In this document: piece after piece, positions 1-11,910 of the stretch
How the letters are laid out: each line of letters starts with the position of its first letter
How positions within the stretch are numbered: position 1 is the first letter of the stretch
Assembly: GCA_002104905.1 (NCBI GenBank)
Contig: MCFE01000450.1
Coordinates: 1-64,000 of the forward strand
Length of the DNA: 64,000 bases
Direction: 5' to 3'
Origin: Basidiobolus meristosporus CBS 931.73
Taxonomy: Eukaryota; Fungi; Basidiobolomycota
Translations under genes and position numbers: made by a program
Notes under the pieces: generated by a model
The model's database searches: none
What the model saw: only the letters and a program-made list of their open reading frames with translations
Told to the model about the DNA's origin: nothing

Positions 1-187
1 GTCTCAGTATAGTCAAGTCCTTTTGTTTGAGAGTATCTTTTGGCTACAAGTCTTGCTTTGTATCTTTCAATTGTACCATCAGCCTTGTATTTTGTCTTGA
101 AGACCCATCAGCATCCAATTGATTTTTGGGTTGATTGGTAATTTGACTAAGTCCCAAGTATGATTTTCCATCAGGGCCTGATATTCC

Positions 188-1708
188 TCAGTCATTGCAG
201 ATTTCCAAAAACTTTGTCTGAGGGCTATTTAGGGCCTCTTTTACAGTCTGGGGTTCATCAATATGGACTGAATAGGCATAGGCTAAGTTTGTACCCTCAT
301 TGATATAGTAATTTGGGCTATTTCTTGTCCACTTAGATCTCCAGGCATTTGATACTAGAATGATCACTTCCGGGATATTCCTAGGCACTGTTTCTGGCTG
401 AACCATGGTTGTAGAGTCCTCTGGAGTCAAAAATTTTTTATTGTTTTGCTCTGATTCAATCCTGATAATTGGTGGACTTGAGATCAAATTTTTGTCATCA
501 TCTGATGTCATTTTTTGTGAAAATTTTGAATTTTCATCAAACAACACATCCCTGGACTTGATTAGTTCCTTTGCTTTGGTATTGCAGAGTCTGTGAGCCT
601 TACTCTCATTGCAGTAGCCCAAAAATGTGCATTTTACACTTATTGGCTCAATCTTTGACTGATTTCCAGCCAGTTTTTTGGCATATGCCGTACACCCAAA
701 TATTCTGAGATGTTCTGCACTTGGTCTGTATCCATACCATGCTTCAAATGAAGTAGAATCATAAAGTAGTTTGTTATAACTTGTATCATTAAGGTATACA
801 GCAGTGGCAACTGATCCAGCCCAAAAATCATGGGATAATTTTTGATCATGGATCATAGATCTTGCAATATCAATTATTGATCTGTTAGCTTGTTCTGCTA
901 CTCCATTTTGCTGTGGGGAGTATGGTACAGTAGTCTCTTGCTTTATCCCATGAATTTTGCAGAAGTGGATGAAGAGTTTTGAGGTATATTCTCCACCTTT
1001 ATCAGAGCGTATTTTCTTGATTATTTCACCAGTTTCTCTCTCCACCATGGCTTTAAACTCCCTGAACTTAGACAGAGCTTCTTCCTTTCTCTCCATGAAG
1101 TAGACCCATGTGTATCTTGTATAATCATCAATAAGAGTGATTAAATACTTCATCCCACCTAAGGATAAATTTTGCATTGGTCCACACAGATCTGAGTGAA
1201 TTTGATCTAATTTTTTCTTAGTTTTGATCAACTCAGAGTTCTTGAACAGTTGTCTGGCTTGTTTCCCATATATGCAGGCTTCACAGGTCTCCAAATTAGC
1301 TGGGGGATCAATTTTTACTCCAGAAATTAGCTGATCTTTGATCATTTTGCACAAATAATCAAAGTTGATGTGCCTAAATCTCCTATGCCAAAGCATTGGT
1401 GTTTCTTCATTTAAGTTACTTATATTGGCTTCCAAATATGATGGAATATTAGTCAAATTGTATAGATTCAGTTCTCTGATGCTCAAAGCAATATGAGCAC
1501 CATTTTGATCAGTGATCCTGTATCCAGAATTGTCAAAACTGAAACTGAGTCCTTCTGCTGTGGCCTTGCTTACAAAGAGTAGGTTCTTGGCTATTTCTGG
1601 TACATAGAGTACTTCTTTAAAAGGCAGTGTATAACTTCCCTCACTGCTTCCAAGATTTACTTGGATAGTTCCTTCTCCCACTGCATCAAGTGTTCTATTG
1701 TCACCCAT
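188..1708 (-). pseudogene. pol: copia pol segment: GAG-pre-integrase zinc finger and rve integrase, truncated by a premature stop
   Basis: WHRRFRHINFDYL, CEACIYGKQ, IHSDLCGPM, LIDDYTRYTWVYF, IRSDKGGEY, PQQNGVAEQANR. Confidence 0.93.
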
Positions 1709-1939
1709 GAAAACCTTCTTAATTGGAATTTCTTGATATTGGGTAAAAAGTTCTTTTTGGTGTGTAAAGTGTTGAGATGCTCCAGAGTCAATATACCACG
1801 TCTAAGAATCCTTGTTTGTGGTCATATTTAGTGCAGATATGAATAGTCTATCTTCATTTGTTGCAGCATTTCCATATACAGGCTACTTTTGCTGATTATC
1901 TTTCTTTTTGAGACATTGGTCTGATGTGTGTCCTTTCCT

Positions 1940-2640
1940 TTAGCAGTAGTTACAAAACAGGTTGCTGTTGCCTTTGTAGGCTCTTGAGTTCCTCCTTTGC
2001 TGGTTATCATTGCTTATTAAAGCATTTTCTTCTTCTTTCTTATTTGCGCTTGATTTTCTTGATTCTTCATCCAGGAGCCTTCCATATACGTAATTTAAGG
2101 TCAAATCTTCAGTTCTGGACTCTAGGGCTGATACAAGGCCCTGAAACTCATCTGTCAGGCTATTCAGGATGGTAACTATCACATCCTCATCAGTAGTTGG
2201 TATGCCCACAGATTCCATTTCATCTACCAGCAGGGTAATTCTGTTAATCAGATTTGTCATTTCTTCTCCTGGCAGCATCTTTGTAGTAAAATTTTTTGTC
2301 TCAGATACATCTTCTTGGCAGCTGAACATGACTGGTAGGTGTCTTCTGATGCTTTCCAGGCATTTTTTGCCATTTTTGCTCTGGAGCATTGAATTAGCAA
2401 TTTGTCCTTAACATTAAGGCAAATGCAGTTAAAGGCACTTTGTTCTTTCTTCTGGTACTTTAAGGCTTCCTCTCCCATATTTTAGGAGGGCATTCTTCTC
2501 CCATGACAATATCCAAAAGGCCTCTTTCTTGTAGCAGCATCTTCATCTTAACCTTCCACACTTGGTAGTTAGATTGATCCAACTTTTCAGCAGAGGGAAA
2601 AGTTCCAGTAATAGCAGTGGCTGGCATTGCCAAGAGTGAC
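1940..2640 (-). pseudogene. gag: copia gag (DUF4219/UBN2-like, CCHC knuckle), frameshifted
   Basis: KLDQSNYQVWKVKMKMLL, IVTILNSLTDEFQGLVSALE, LFCNYC split over three ORFs. Confidence 0.85.
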
Positions 2641-2645
2641 AGCTT

Positions 2646-2658
2646 GGGGCTCATAACC
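2646..2658 (-). promoter_or_regulatory. primer-binding site, half-tRNA-iMet (copia/Ty5) type
   Basis: GGTTATGAGCCCC directly after the LTR terminal CA; complementary to the initiator tRNA anticodon arm GGGCUCAUAACC. Confidence 0.85.
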
Positions 2659-3007
2659 TGTTGTAAGAGTCTTGGAGATATTGGAAGTGGTTGGGAAGAC
2701 AAGTAGATTATGTGGTTCTCACTTAAAGATTTATTGAATGTAAAAGTAGTATTTATACTTTTACCTGGTCTTGCCATAATGTGCATGTAGAATAGATTAA
2801 GGAAGGTCCCAAGAACATGTGTGCAAAGTTTGGGGCTGTTTAGACAGCTTTGAGAATTTTCATATTCTGGGTACCTGGTATTTTGGTGAGAATATTCTAA
2901 GTAAATCCTAACAAGGAATTTGGTCAGTATTCTCTAGGATTTGAAGGTGATGATCTAAGTGACTAAGCTAGGTGAATATTTAGGTGGAAATACAAATTTT
3001 TACAACA
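2659..3007 (-). repeat. family A LTR (5' LTR of A0), 349 bp
   Basis: TGTTGTAAAA...CTTACAACA termini; matches 4658-5006, 6798-7147, 48994-49342, 56432-56780, 59965-60313, 61291-61639, 62102-62450. Confidence 0.95.
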
Positions 3008-5006
3008 GAAATAGCCCAAATCACTATATCAATGCAGGTACAAACTTAGCCTATGCCTATTCAGTCCATATCAATGAACCCCAGACTGTAAAAGAGGCCC
3101 TAAATAGCCCTCAGACAAAGTTTTGGAGATCTGCAATGACTGAGGAATATCAGGCCCTGATGGAAAATCAAACTTGGGACTTAGTCAAATTACCAATCAA
3201 CCAAAAATCAATTGGATGCTGATGGATCTTCAAGACAAAATACAAGGCTGATGGTACAATTGAAAGATACAAAGCAAGACTTGTGGCCAAAGGATACTCT
3301 CAAACAAAAGGACTTGACTATACTGAGACCTTTGCACCAGTAGCCAAGTTTAATTCCATCAGATTAATATTGGCTATTGCAGCCAGGTATAAGTTTTTGA
3401 TTCATCAAATGGATGCAAAAACTGGATTTTTGAGTGGGGAACTTGATGAGAATGTGTATATGGACCAGCCTGATGGGTTTGTTGACCAAGATAACCCCCA
3501 TTTGGTCTGCAAGCTTAAAAAGTCACTATATGGTCTCCAACAATCACCAGGAGCCTGGAATTGCAAGATAGATTCTTATTTGGAATCTTTGAGTTTCAAA
3601 AGAAGTAATGCTGACTATAGTATATACTATAAGCCAGATAGAGCAAATCCAGTTCTATTAGCTCTATATGTGGATGATTTTATTATAGCCACCAATAACC
3701 TAGAAACATTGGAAGAGACTAAATCCAACCCATCTAAGGAGTTAAGGATGTCTGATCTGGGAGAACTCAGTTATTACTTAGGGATTATGTTCTCCATAGA
3801 CATAAGTACCCATACTATCACCCTAAGTCAGTCCAAGTATATTCAAGATATACTAAAGAAGTACCAAATGGAAGACTGTAAACCAGCAGCTACCCCGCTG
3901 GAGACAAGCCTTAACTTGGTCAAAACTCAACCAAGTCAAGAGAGCTTGGTGCCATCTGAAAGCCCTAGCTCTGCTTATCAATATATTGTTGGCAGTCTGA
4001 TGTATATCATGCTTGGAACATGTCCAGGTATCTCATATTCAGTGGGAGTTTTCAGCCAACATAATCAGAACTATGGATCTGATCATATTACAACAGTTAA
4101 GCAAATTTTTAGATACCTAAAAGGAACTGCTGATATCTGCTTAAAATACACCTAGAAGGATTCAGAACAGGATCTTATGGGATACTCTGATACTGATTGG
4201 GGACAAAACCTAGAAGACAGAAGATCCACCACAGGATACACCTTTCTTTACTGTAAAGGCGCAATTTCATGGAATTCAAGAGAGCAACCAACTGTAGCAC
4301 CTTCTACCACAGAGGCAGAGTATATGGCAGCCTGTGAAGCTACAAAAGTAGCAATGTGGTAATGAAAGCTCTTTAGAGATTTAGGCCTATGTAAAAAAAT
4401 GCTTATTACTTTATTTCAAGATAAGCAAGGATGTATACAATTAGGTGGAAATCCAACTTTTCAGGCTAAACCAAGCACATAGATATTAGATATCATTTCA
4501 CATGTGAAGCTATAGAGAATAGCTTAGTTAGCTTAGTTTACTGCCCTTCAGATGAAATGATTGCAGATATATTTACCAAACCATTAGCTGGTGACAAGTT
4601 TGAATATCTTAGGTCAAAATTAGGACTAGTCAGTATGAACAGTTAGCTGAGTGGGAGTGTTGTAAAAATTTGTAATTCCACCTAAATATTCACCTAAATT
4701 AGTCACTTAGATCACTACCTTCTATTCCTAGAGAATACTGACCAAATTCCTTGTTGGGATTTACATAGATTATTTTCACCAGAATACCATGTACTCAGAT
4801 TGTGAAAATTCTCAAAGTTGTCCAAACAGCCCTAAACTTTGCACATATGTTCTTGGGATCTGCCTTAGTCTATTCTACATGCTTGTTAAGCTAAGATCAA
4901 GTAAAAGTATAAATACTACTTATACATTCAATAAATAATTAAGTGAACACAACACAATCTACTTGTTCTCCCAATCACTTCAAATATCTCCAAAACTCTT
5001 ACAACA
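3008..5006 (+). mobile_element. copia family A copy A1, 3' half (RT, RNase H, PPT, 3' LTR)
   Basis: RT ORF 3283-4155 (LALYVDDFII), RNase H remnants ([16 protein letters not shown]), PPT TGAGTGGGAG 4648-4657, LTR 4658-5006. Confidence 0.93.
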
Positions 5007-5525
5007 GAAAAAGCATAGTTACATTCAAGAGGCACTCAGTCAAAGTAGTAGTGAAGGAACAGACAGTAATGAAGACAAAGGGCTTCCTCAAGTGCCCATC
5101 ATAATCAAAACTCAGAGCTCAAAGCAAGCAGTAATGCAATGTCAAATAGCCAGAAGAGTAGAAGTAAGGCAAAGCCGGCTGAAGCAGATGCATCATTGCA
5201 GCATTTGTCTAGGAGAATATGCTATAGCACATAAGAAGCACTAAGTCAAAGTAGCAGTCAAAAACCTGGCAATAATACAGGTAAAGGCAAGGTAAAGCTA
5301 AAGGATGAGGAATCTACCCAAGCAGGTGACAGAGCTGCATGAGAAGTGCTGTAGTTTACACTAGTTAATGCCATCAACTTTACACAGTCAGAATCCCACA
5401 ATTGCCAAGAACCCTATGAGAAACAACTCTGATAATACTCTCCACAGGCCATCACAAAATTTAAGTTCCACTACAAAGAGGGACTGAACTTGGCAGACAC
5501 TGTACAACAACTGTCAAAACAATTG
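5007..5525 (+). pseudogene. fragment of the S/K-rich accessory ORF of the CACTA-like family (third copy)
   Basis: CAAGAGGCACTCAGTCAAAGTAGTAGTG motif twice about 208 bp apart; homologous to 17900-18400 (+) and 10790-11165 (-). Confidence 0.65.
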
Positions 5526-5578
5526 CACCTCAGTCAATCTTTCTAATGTTGCTCAGAATAGTGCTTTTCTTGCTTTAT

Positions 5579-6797
5579 TTACTCTTCATAATGCTCCAGA
5601 CACATTTCTCTCAGCAGATGTCTTCTTACATGAGTATACTGTGCATTGATAAGTATCTTAACTATTTTACCTAATCTGCTGTTTTTTCCAATATATGACT
5701 TTCCTCTGTATTTACCTGCCAATATACTGAATCTCTTCTGATATCCAAATGTATGCTCTACCCTCACTCTGAAACAATTAAGTATCTCATTGTAGAGCTT
5801 CTGCTTCCTGCTAAGCACACCATTCCTTGGCTTCCTATATGCTGTAATAAATCCTAATCTCTGACAATCCTCTCTTGTATTTGCTAAGTCTATCATATAT
5901 TTCTCCCCTCTGCTGAGTTGAGGATGATTCACTACTCATAGTGCTTTGTCATGCCTACTTCCAGCAAATGGCCCACTGAACCAAATGATGTTACTGTTAT
6001 ATCCAAAAGAAAAGTGTAATAAACTCTTGAATGAGCTAACTGAACCTAAGTGAGAACTAAGTGCAGAATCTTAGAACTGTCAAGAGTGACATAAGTATTA
6101 GCAGAGATGTTCTGGTCTAATATTGGTCTTGTATGTAGCTGAGTTGGGCTGTAAAGGTAACAGAGTTGGTTTGCTATGCAGGCTGGGCTTGGTGTTCTTG
6201 GGAGTGCTAGATATCCTAGGCTTGGATAGAAAATAGAATGAGATTGTTGAGTTCTTAGTTTGGCTGAGGAACAATCTTAATTTTGTTGAGACACACACTA
6301 AACCAAAAGGCTCAGTAAGCTTCATTTATATTTTTCTGAACTAGTTGAATTAGTAAGCACCAAGTGACTGGACTAATAGAAATCTATTGGGGTGTTCATA
6401 GGCACATAAGATAAAGGAGAAATTGCATCATTAATGAGCTGATGTCTTAGCTACTGCTAAGTGGTTGGATAGATCTCAGATGACTACTCACTTGAAAAGG
6501 CTTAGTAGATCAGTTGAGGATGCAATGACCATATGAAAATTATCAGGTGTGACAGCTAAAAATAGATTCTGAGAAGTGATAAAATAAACCATACCTGGGA
6601 TTAGTTATGTTTGGGCTAGGGAAAGACAGTTAGGGTGCTAGATTTTCTAACAGAGTAAAATAGGCTAAGTTTCAAATGTTAATGCACTATAGTCACCCTC
6701 AATGTCAGAGAGTGCTTGAAACTTCACACAGTGTGCCTTGTACTTGCCAGAATAAAAGTACCTCTGCCCTCTATAAGGTCTGTTAATCCTGACTGGG
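5579..6797 (-). pseudogene. DDE_Tnp_4 (IS5/ISL2/Harbinger-type) transposase, interrupted and 5'-truncated
   Basis: 5579-5994 and 6692-6797 are collinear with the intact copy at about 41331-41847; split by the insertion 5995-6691 and cut by a copia LTR at 6798. Confidence 0.9.
5995..6691. repeat. probable solo LTR of an otherwise unrepresented family (697 bp)
   Basis: Clean insertion into the transposase relative to the 41.7-kb copy; starts TGTTA, ends ACTATA (probably decayed ...ACA); flanked by GTTAC (5990-5994) and GTCAC (6692-6696). Confidence 0.7.
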
Positions 6798-8780
6798 TGC
6801 TGTAAGAGTCTTGGAGAAATTGGAAGTGATTTGGTGGACAAGTAGATTATGAGGTTCTCACTTAATGATTTATTGAATGTAAAAGTAATATTTATACTTT
6901 TAAATGGGCTTCACATAACAAGCATGTAGAATAGACTAAGGAATGTTCCAAGAACATGTGTGCAAAGTTTGGGGCTGTTTGAACAACTTTGAGAATTTTT
7001 CATATTCTGGGTACCTGGTATTTTGGTGAAAATATTCCAAGTAAGTCCCAACAAGGATTTTGGTCAGTATTCTCTAGGAATAGAAGGTAGTGATCTAAGT
7101 GAATAAGTTAGGTGAATATTTAGGCGGAATTACAAATTCTTACAACACTCCCACTCAGCTAAATGTTCATACTGACTAGTCCTAATTTTGACCTAAGCTA
7201 TTCAAACTTGTCTCTAGCTATTGGTATGGTAAATATATCTGCAATCATTTCATCTGAAGGACAGTTAACTAAGCTAACTAAGTTATTCTCTATAGCTTCA
7301 CATGTGAAATGATATCTAATATCTACGAATTTGTTTCTAGCATGAAAAGTTGGATTTCTACCTTTTTGTATACATCCTTGATTATCTTGACATAAAGCAA
7401 TAAGCATTTTTTGACATAGGCCTAAATCTGTAAGAAGCTTTCTTAACCACATTGCTACTTTTGTAGCTTCACAGGCTGCCATATACTCTGCCTCTGTGGT
7501 AGAAAGTGCAACAGTTGGCTGCTTTGTTGAATTCCATGAGATTGCTCCCTTACAGTAAGGAAAGGTGTATCCTATGGTGGATCTTCTGTCTTCCAAATCT
7601 TGTCCCAAAGCAGCATCAGAGTATCCCACAAGATCCTGTTCTGACTCCTTATAAGTGCATCTTAAGCAGATATTGGCAGTTCCCTTTAGGTATTTAAAAA
7701 TCTGCTTAACTGCAGCAATATGATCAGATCTATAGCTCTGATTATGTTGGCTGGCAACTCCCACTGAATATGAGATATCTGGATGTGTTCCAAACATGTA
7801 AATCATCAGACTGCCAACCATATATTGATAAGGAAAGTTAGGGCACTCAGGTGGCCCCAAGCTCTCATGATTTGGTTGAGTTTTGACCAAGTTAAGGCTT
7901 GTCTCCAGTGGGGTAGCTGCTGGTTGACAGTCTTCCATTTGGTACTTCTTTAGTATATCTTGAATATACTTGGATTGGCTTAGTGTGATAATCTGGATAC
8001 TTCTGTCTATGGGGAACTTGATCCCTAAGTAGTAACTGAGTTGTCCTAGATTGGACATCTTGAACCCCTAAGATAGGCTAGATTTAGCTTCTTTTAATGT
8101 TTCTAGGTTATTGGCAGCTATAATAAGATAATCCATGCAAAGAGCTAATAAAACTAGATTTGCTCTATCTGGTTTATAGTATATACTATACTCAGCATTA
8201 CTCCTTTTGAAACCCAAAGATTCCAAATAAGAATCTATCTTGCAATTCCAGGTTCTCAGTGATTGTTAGGGACCAAATAGAGACTTTTAAGCTTGTAGAC
8301 CAAGTGGGGGCTATCATGGTCAACAGGCCCATCAAGCTGGTCCATATACACATCCTCCACAAGTTCTCCATTCAAAAGTCCAGTTTTTACAACCATTTGA
8401 TGAATTAAAGACTCATATTTGGCTGCAATAGCCAGTATTAATCTGATGGAATTAAACTTGGCTACTAGTGTAAAGGTCTCAGTATGGTAAAGTCCTTCTG
8501 TTTGAGAGTATCCTTTGGCCACAAGTCTTGCTTTGTATCTTTCACTTGCACCATCAGCCTTGTATTTTGTCTTGAAGACCCATCAGCATCCAATTGATTT
8601 TTGGTTGATTGGTAATTGGACTAAGTCCCAAGTTTAATTTTCCATCAGGGCCTAATATTCCTCAGTCATTGCAGATCTCCAAAACTTTGTCTGAGGGCTA
8701 TCTAGGGCCTCTTTTACAGTCTGGGGCTCATCAATATGGACTGAATAAGCATAGGCTAAGCTTGTACCCTCATTGATATA
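6798..8780 (-). mobile_element. copia family A copy A1b, 3' part (RT/RNase H, PPT, 3' LTR)
   Basis: LTR 6798-7147, PPT 7148-7157, ORFs 7198-8058 and 8256-8522; cut at 8780 by a CCC-starting DNA transposon end. Confidence 0.93.
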
Positions 8781-9261
8781 CCCTATGAAAAATTATTGTA
8801 ATGATCCTGTCAAAAGGCCATCACAAAGCTAAAGTCCCATGACTAAGAGCTAGTTATCCTGTCAGGACACCATCCAGAGACTGTTGAAAAAAAATTGCAC
8901 CCCATATTTTATAGAAATGTTGTCAAAATTTTTCATCACAACAATGCATAAGTGGCTTTTGGTTGGTTCCCTACCAGTTTGCTTACTTTCTGATCCTGGA
9001 CACTCTATCTCCTCCTATATTTGTGTGCATTACTGGCTATTGCCTCTTTTTCACACTCCTTACTTCCTGACTCAACTATTTCTATTATATTTCATGTGTA
9101 CAAATTGATTTATTTCCATTGAAGCTTCAGTTGTACCTCAATTGCCAATTGTATTGACCTATACAAGTCCCTATACCCTACACTAACATTAAGCCCAACC
9201 CCACATTCAGCAAGTGACTCCATTACAATCCACCACCTAATAAGTATTTCTGCTGTAATGA

Positions 9262-10066
9262 TGTGGTAGGGTAAACATACCTCCTACAGACAAGTTTATT
9301 CATATAGCTATTATGTAGTACTTATCCATATTTTGTCTTATCAGCTTTATCCCATTCTTCTTTTGCCCATATTATTAGTATTTTCCCCATATGATGTTTA
9401 CCCTGATTAGTTATTAGCATTAGTTACTCCAGATGTTATTTGGTTTTGTGATGTGTATAAGTATCTACATTAGGCAAGTACCTGCATCAGTACCTGTGAC
9501 ACATGACCTAAGTCTGTGTTACCATCCCTACCATTGATATACTATATATGGTATCTTATACTGCATAGCTCTCAGACTACTGTTCCCTGATTAGTTGGAT
9601 GTGCTGTGCCTTTTAGAACCTTCAGGGACATTCTTGGCCCATTTTTAGCTCATAGTGATGTCATCAAGAGTTCCACTGATGCCTGGAATTCTCTAGAACT
9701 TTGTCATTAGTGATTGCTTGGCAATCAGGAAAAGTATTTAAGGGAAGTTAATCCCTCATCAATAAATCATCCCTTCAATCAGAAACACTTCTCCCTTATT
9801 GATTAGCAGTCAATCACTGCACCTGCCTTCAACAGTTACATGTTGGACTTGACATCAATGGAGCTTTTCAGGGTTGTGCACAAGACACACAGAGGCCTTT
9901 GGAGACACTTGGAGCACCTAGGAAGCTAGAGAAGCAGGAGATTTTACCATAATGACATATTGACATAGGCACCGGCAGCTTATACCCAGAGGTTATTGCA
10001 CCCATCAGACACCTCATGCACCTTGAGTTGTGTAGCTTCTCCCAGGAGTACCTCTACACCACCACA
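9262..10066 (+). repeat. solo LTR, gypsy family B (about 805 bp)
   Basis: TGTGGT...ACCACA termini; homologous to 11911-12715 and 14709-15514; flanks collinear with the uninterrupted copy near 18720; degenerate 4-bp duplication ATGA/ATCC. Confidence 0.88.
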
Positions 10067-10181
10067 ATCCTGTGGTTCCACAACTTTGGTGGGAACCTAA
10101 TGGTGTTATGCCACTGTTCATTCATGGCTTCCCACATTTCCTGGTCCTCAGCCAGCACTGCAAGGTCTAGCACCTCATCAG

Positions 10182-10782
10182 TGAGAAAAGTATATAAGGG
10201 AGGCAATCCCTCAACAATATATTGTCATCCCTTTTATCAATATATTGACTTATTGATTAGTGTGATCACTGCTACCTGCTGCTACCTGAACTCCCAACCC
10301 CAGACCACAGGACACTCCCAGGAGACTATGCCAACAGCCAACTGACCTTGGAGGCACTACTTATGAGGAATACTAAGAGTAGGTAACTTATATTATATTT
10401 GATTCTTACCCAAGTTTGTTCTTGTGCAGGCAATGATACTTTTCTGTCTTTGTAACTATTGACCACAGCTGCATTCTTATCATGTCCCTGCTGGTGGAGT
10501 TTACAGTTGTTTTGACTTTGGAAGTTTTAGTACATTCTCATCTCAAAGGATGCTGAGCCCAGCATATACTCTTGTTAAGAAGCCAACTAAGTTGGTGATT
10601 GTAGCTCATTAGTTTTCCCTTGACAAGCTTGTGGCTTTATTCCCCATCACATTAGATTAGAGACAGAACCCAAGTATTCCTAGTAAGCTTTTACCAGGGG
10701 TTATTGCACCCAGTGAACACCCCTCAGACAAAATGCTTGAGAAGTGTTGGACGTATCTCCCTTGAACTTATACACCACCACA
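10182..10782 (+). repeat. solo LTR related to gypsy family C (5' boundary approximate)
   Basis: From TTGGAGGCACTAC to TTATACACCACCACA, homologous to about 42680-43118. Confidence 0.8.
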
Positions 10783-11910
10783 ATGGCTTTAATTGACAAG
10801 TACTGCAGTTTTTTTATTGCCTCCTTGTCTCAGGCTTGAGTAGACATTTTTCCCTTTACCTTTTCCTTTATCACTGCCAGGTCTCTCACTGCTACTTTGT
10901 CTGAATGCTTCTTGTAATGAGCTACATTTTCTCATTGATAAGTTCTGCTCTGACGCATCTGTTTTGGCCTGTTTGTCCCTTGCTGGCACTCTTCTGGCAA
11001 CCTGATGTTTCTGCTCAGCTTATTTTGAGCTCTCAACTGCAGTTGTGATGGGCTCCTGTAAAAGCTGCTGGTTTTTATCACTGCCAGGTCCTTGACTGCT
11101 ACTTTGACTGAATGCTTCTTGAGTGGTACTACACTTTTTCCTTGATAAATGTTATGTTGGTACATTAGTGTATGCCTGCTTCTCCCTAATTGGCACTCTT
11201 CAAGCTACCTGACATCTATTTGATGCTTGTCCATAGTTTCTTTTTTAGCATACCTATGCTGGCCCAAAAACCATTTACTTATTTGGATCCAGGATTATGC
11301 TCATGGAACAAGTCAAGTGCACTCTGCTTGGCCTTGAGTTCCTGATGGTCCTATAGTATGCTGGCCTTAAGGTGATAGCATGCTAGACTTCTGATGGCCT
11401 CTTGAATATTAGCCCACTTGTCATTATTGCACTCAATGGCTTCACAGATCATCAATTTCTTTTGATTTTTAGGCGTTGGTATAAACACCACATTGCCTCC
11501 CTCCCATGCTGTGATAGGTTTTTCTGTGGGCTTTATCTTTAGGCACTATTATTGTGCTTCAAAGACTCTACAGTCTTCCTCTGCTGTTACATCAGGAAAT
11601 GGCTCAATTCTTGGCTGTGACATTCAGCTACTTGAGTTCCTTCTTTACAGCAAAGATATTGCTTTTCTACCTGGGATATTGATTGCTCTACATGTATTAT
11701 CTGCTCATCCTATTTCTGGACTATTTCCCAATTTTCTGGGCCATTGCATCTATCCTATCAGCCACTACACCTCATTGCTTCATTAACACGTTGGTGTGAG
11801 CTAGCAATATTCTTGCTAATATGAGTAGTGGTGATGTTATGACAGCCACTTACCAGTCTTTAACTGAGGGTACTGTGTTTGCTACATTCTCATCTGCCTG
11901 AGCATAATGG

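Larger units (their letters stand above)
1..3007 (-). mobile_element. Ty1/copia family A element (copy A0), 5' part; runs off the window start
   Basis: 5' LTR 2659-3007, PBS 2646-2658, frameshifted gag (about 1900-2640), protease YIDSGASQH-type region (about 1770-1800), integrase ORF 188-1708. Its 5' LTR abuts a + strand family A copy at 3007/3008. Confidence 0.93.
8781..11900 (+). mobile_element. CACTA-like DNA transposon copy 2, 5' end with accessory ORF region (no transposase visible)
   Basis: Starts CCCTATGAAAAAT; 8781-9261, 10067-10180 and 10783-11240 are the reverse complement of about 17800-19207; interrupted by solo LTRs B and C; right boundary approximate. Confidence 0.75.
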
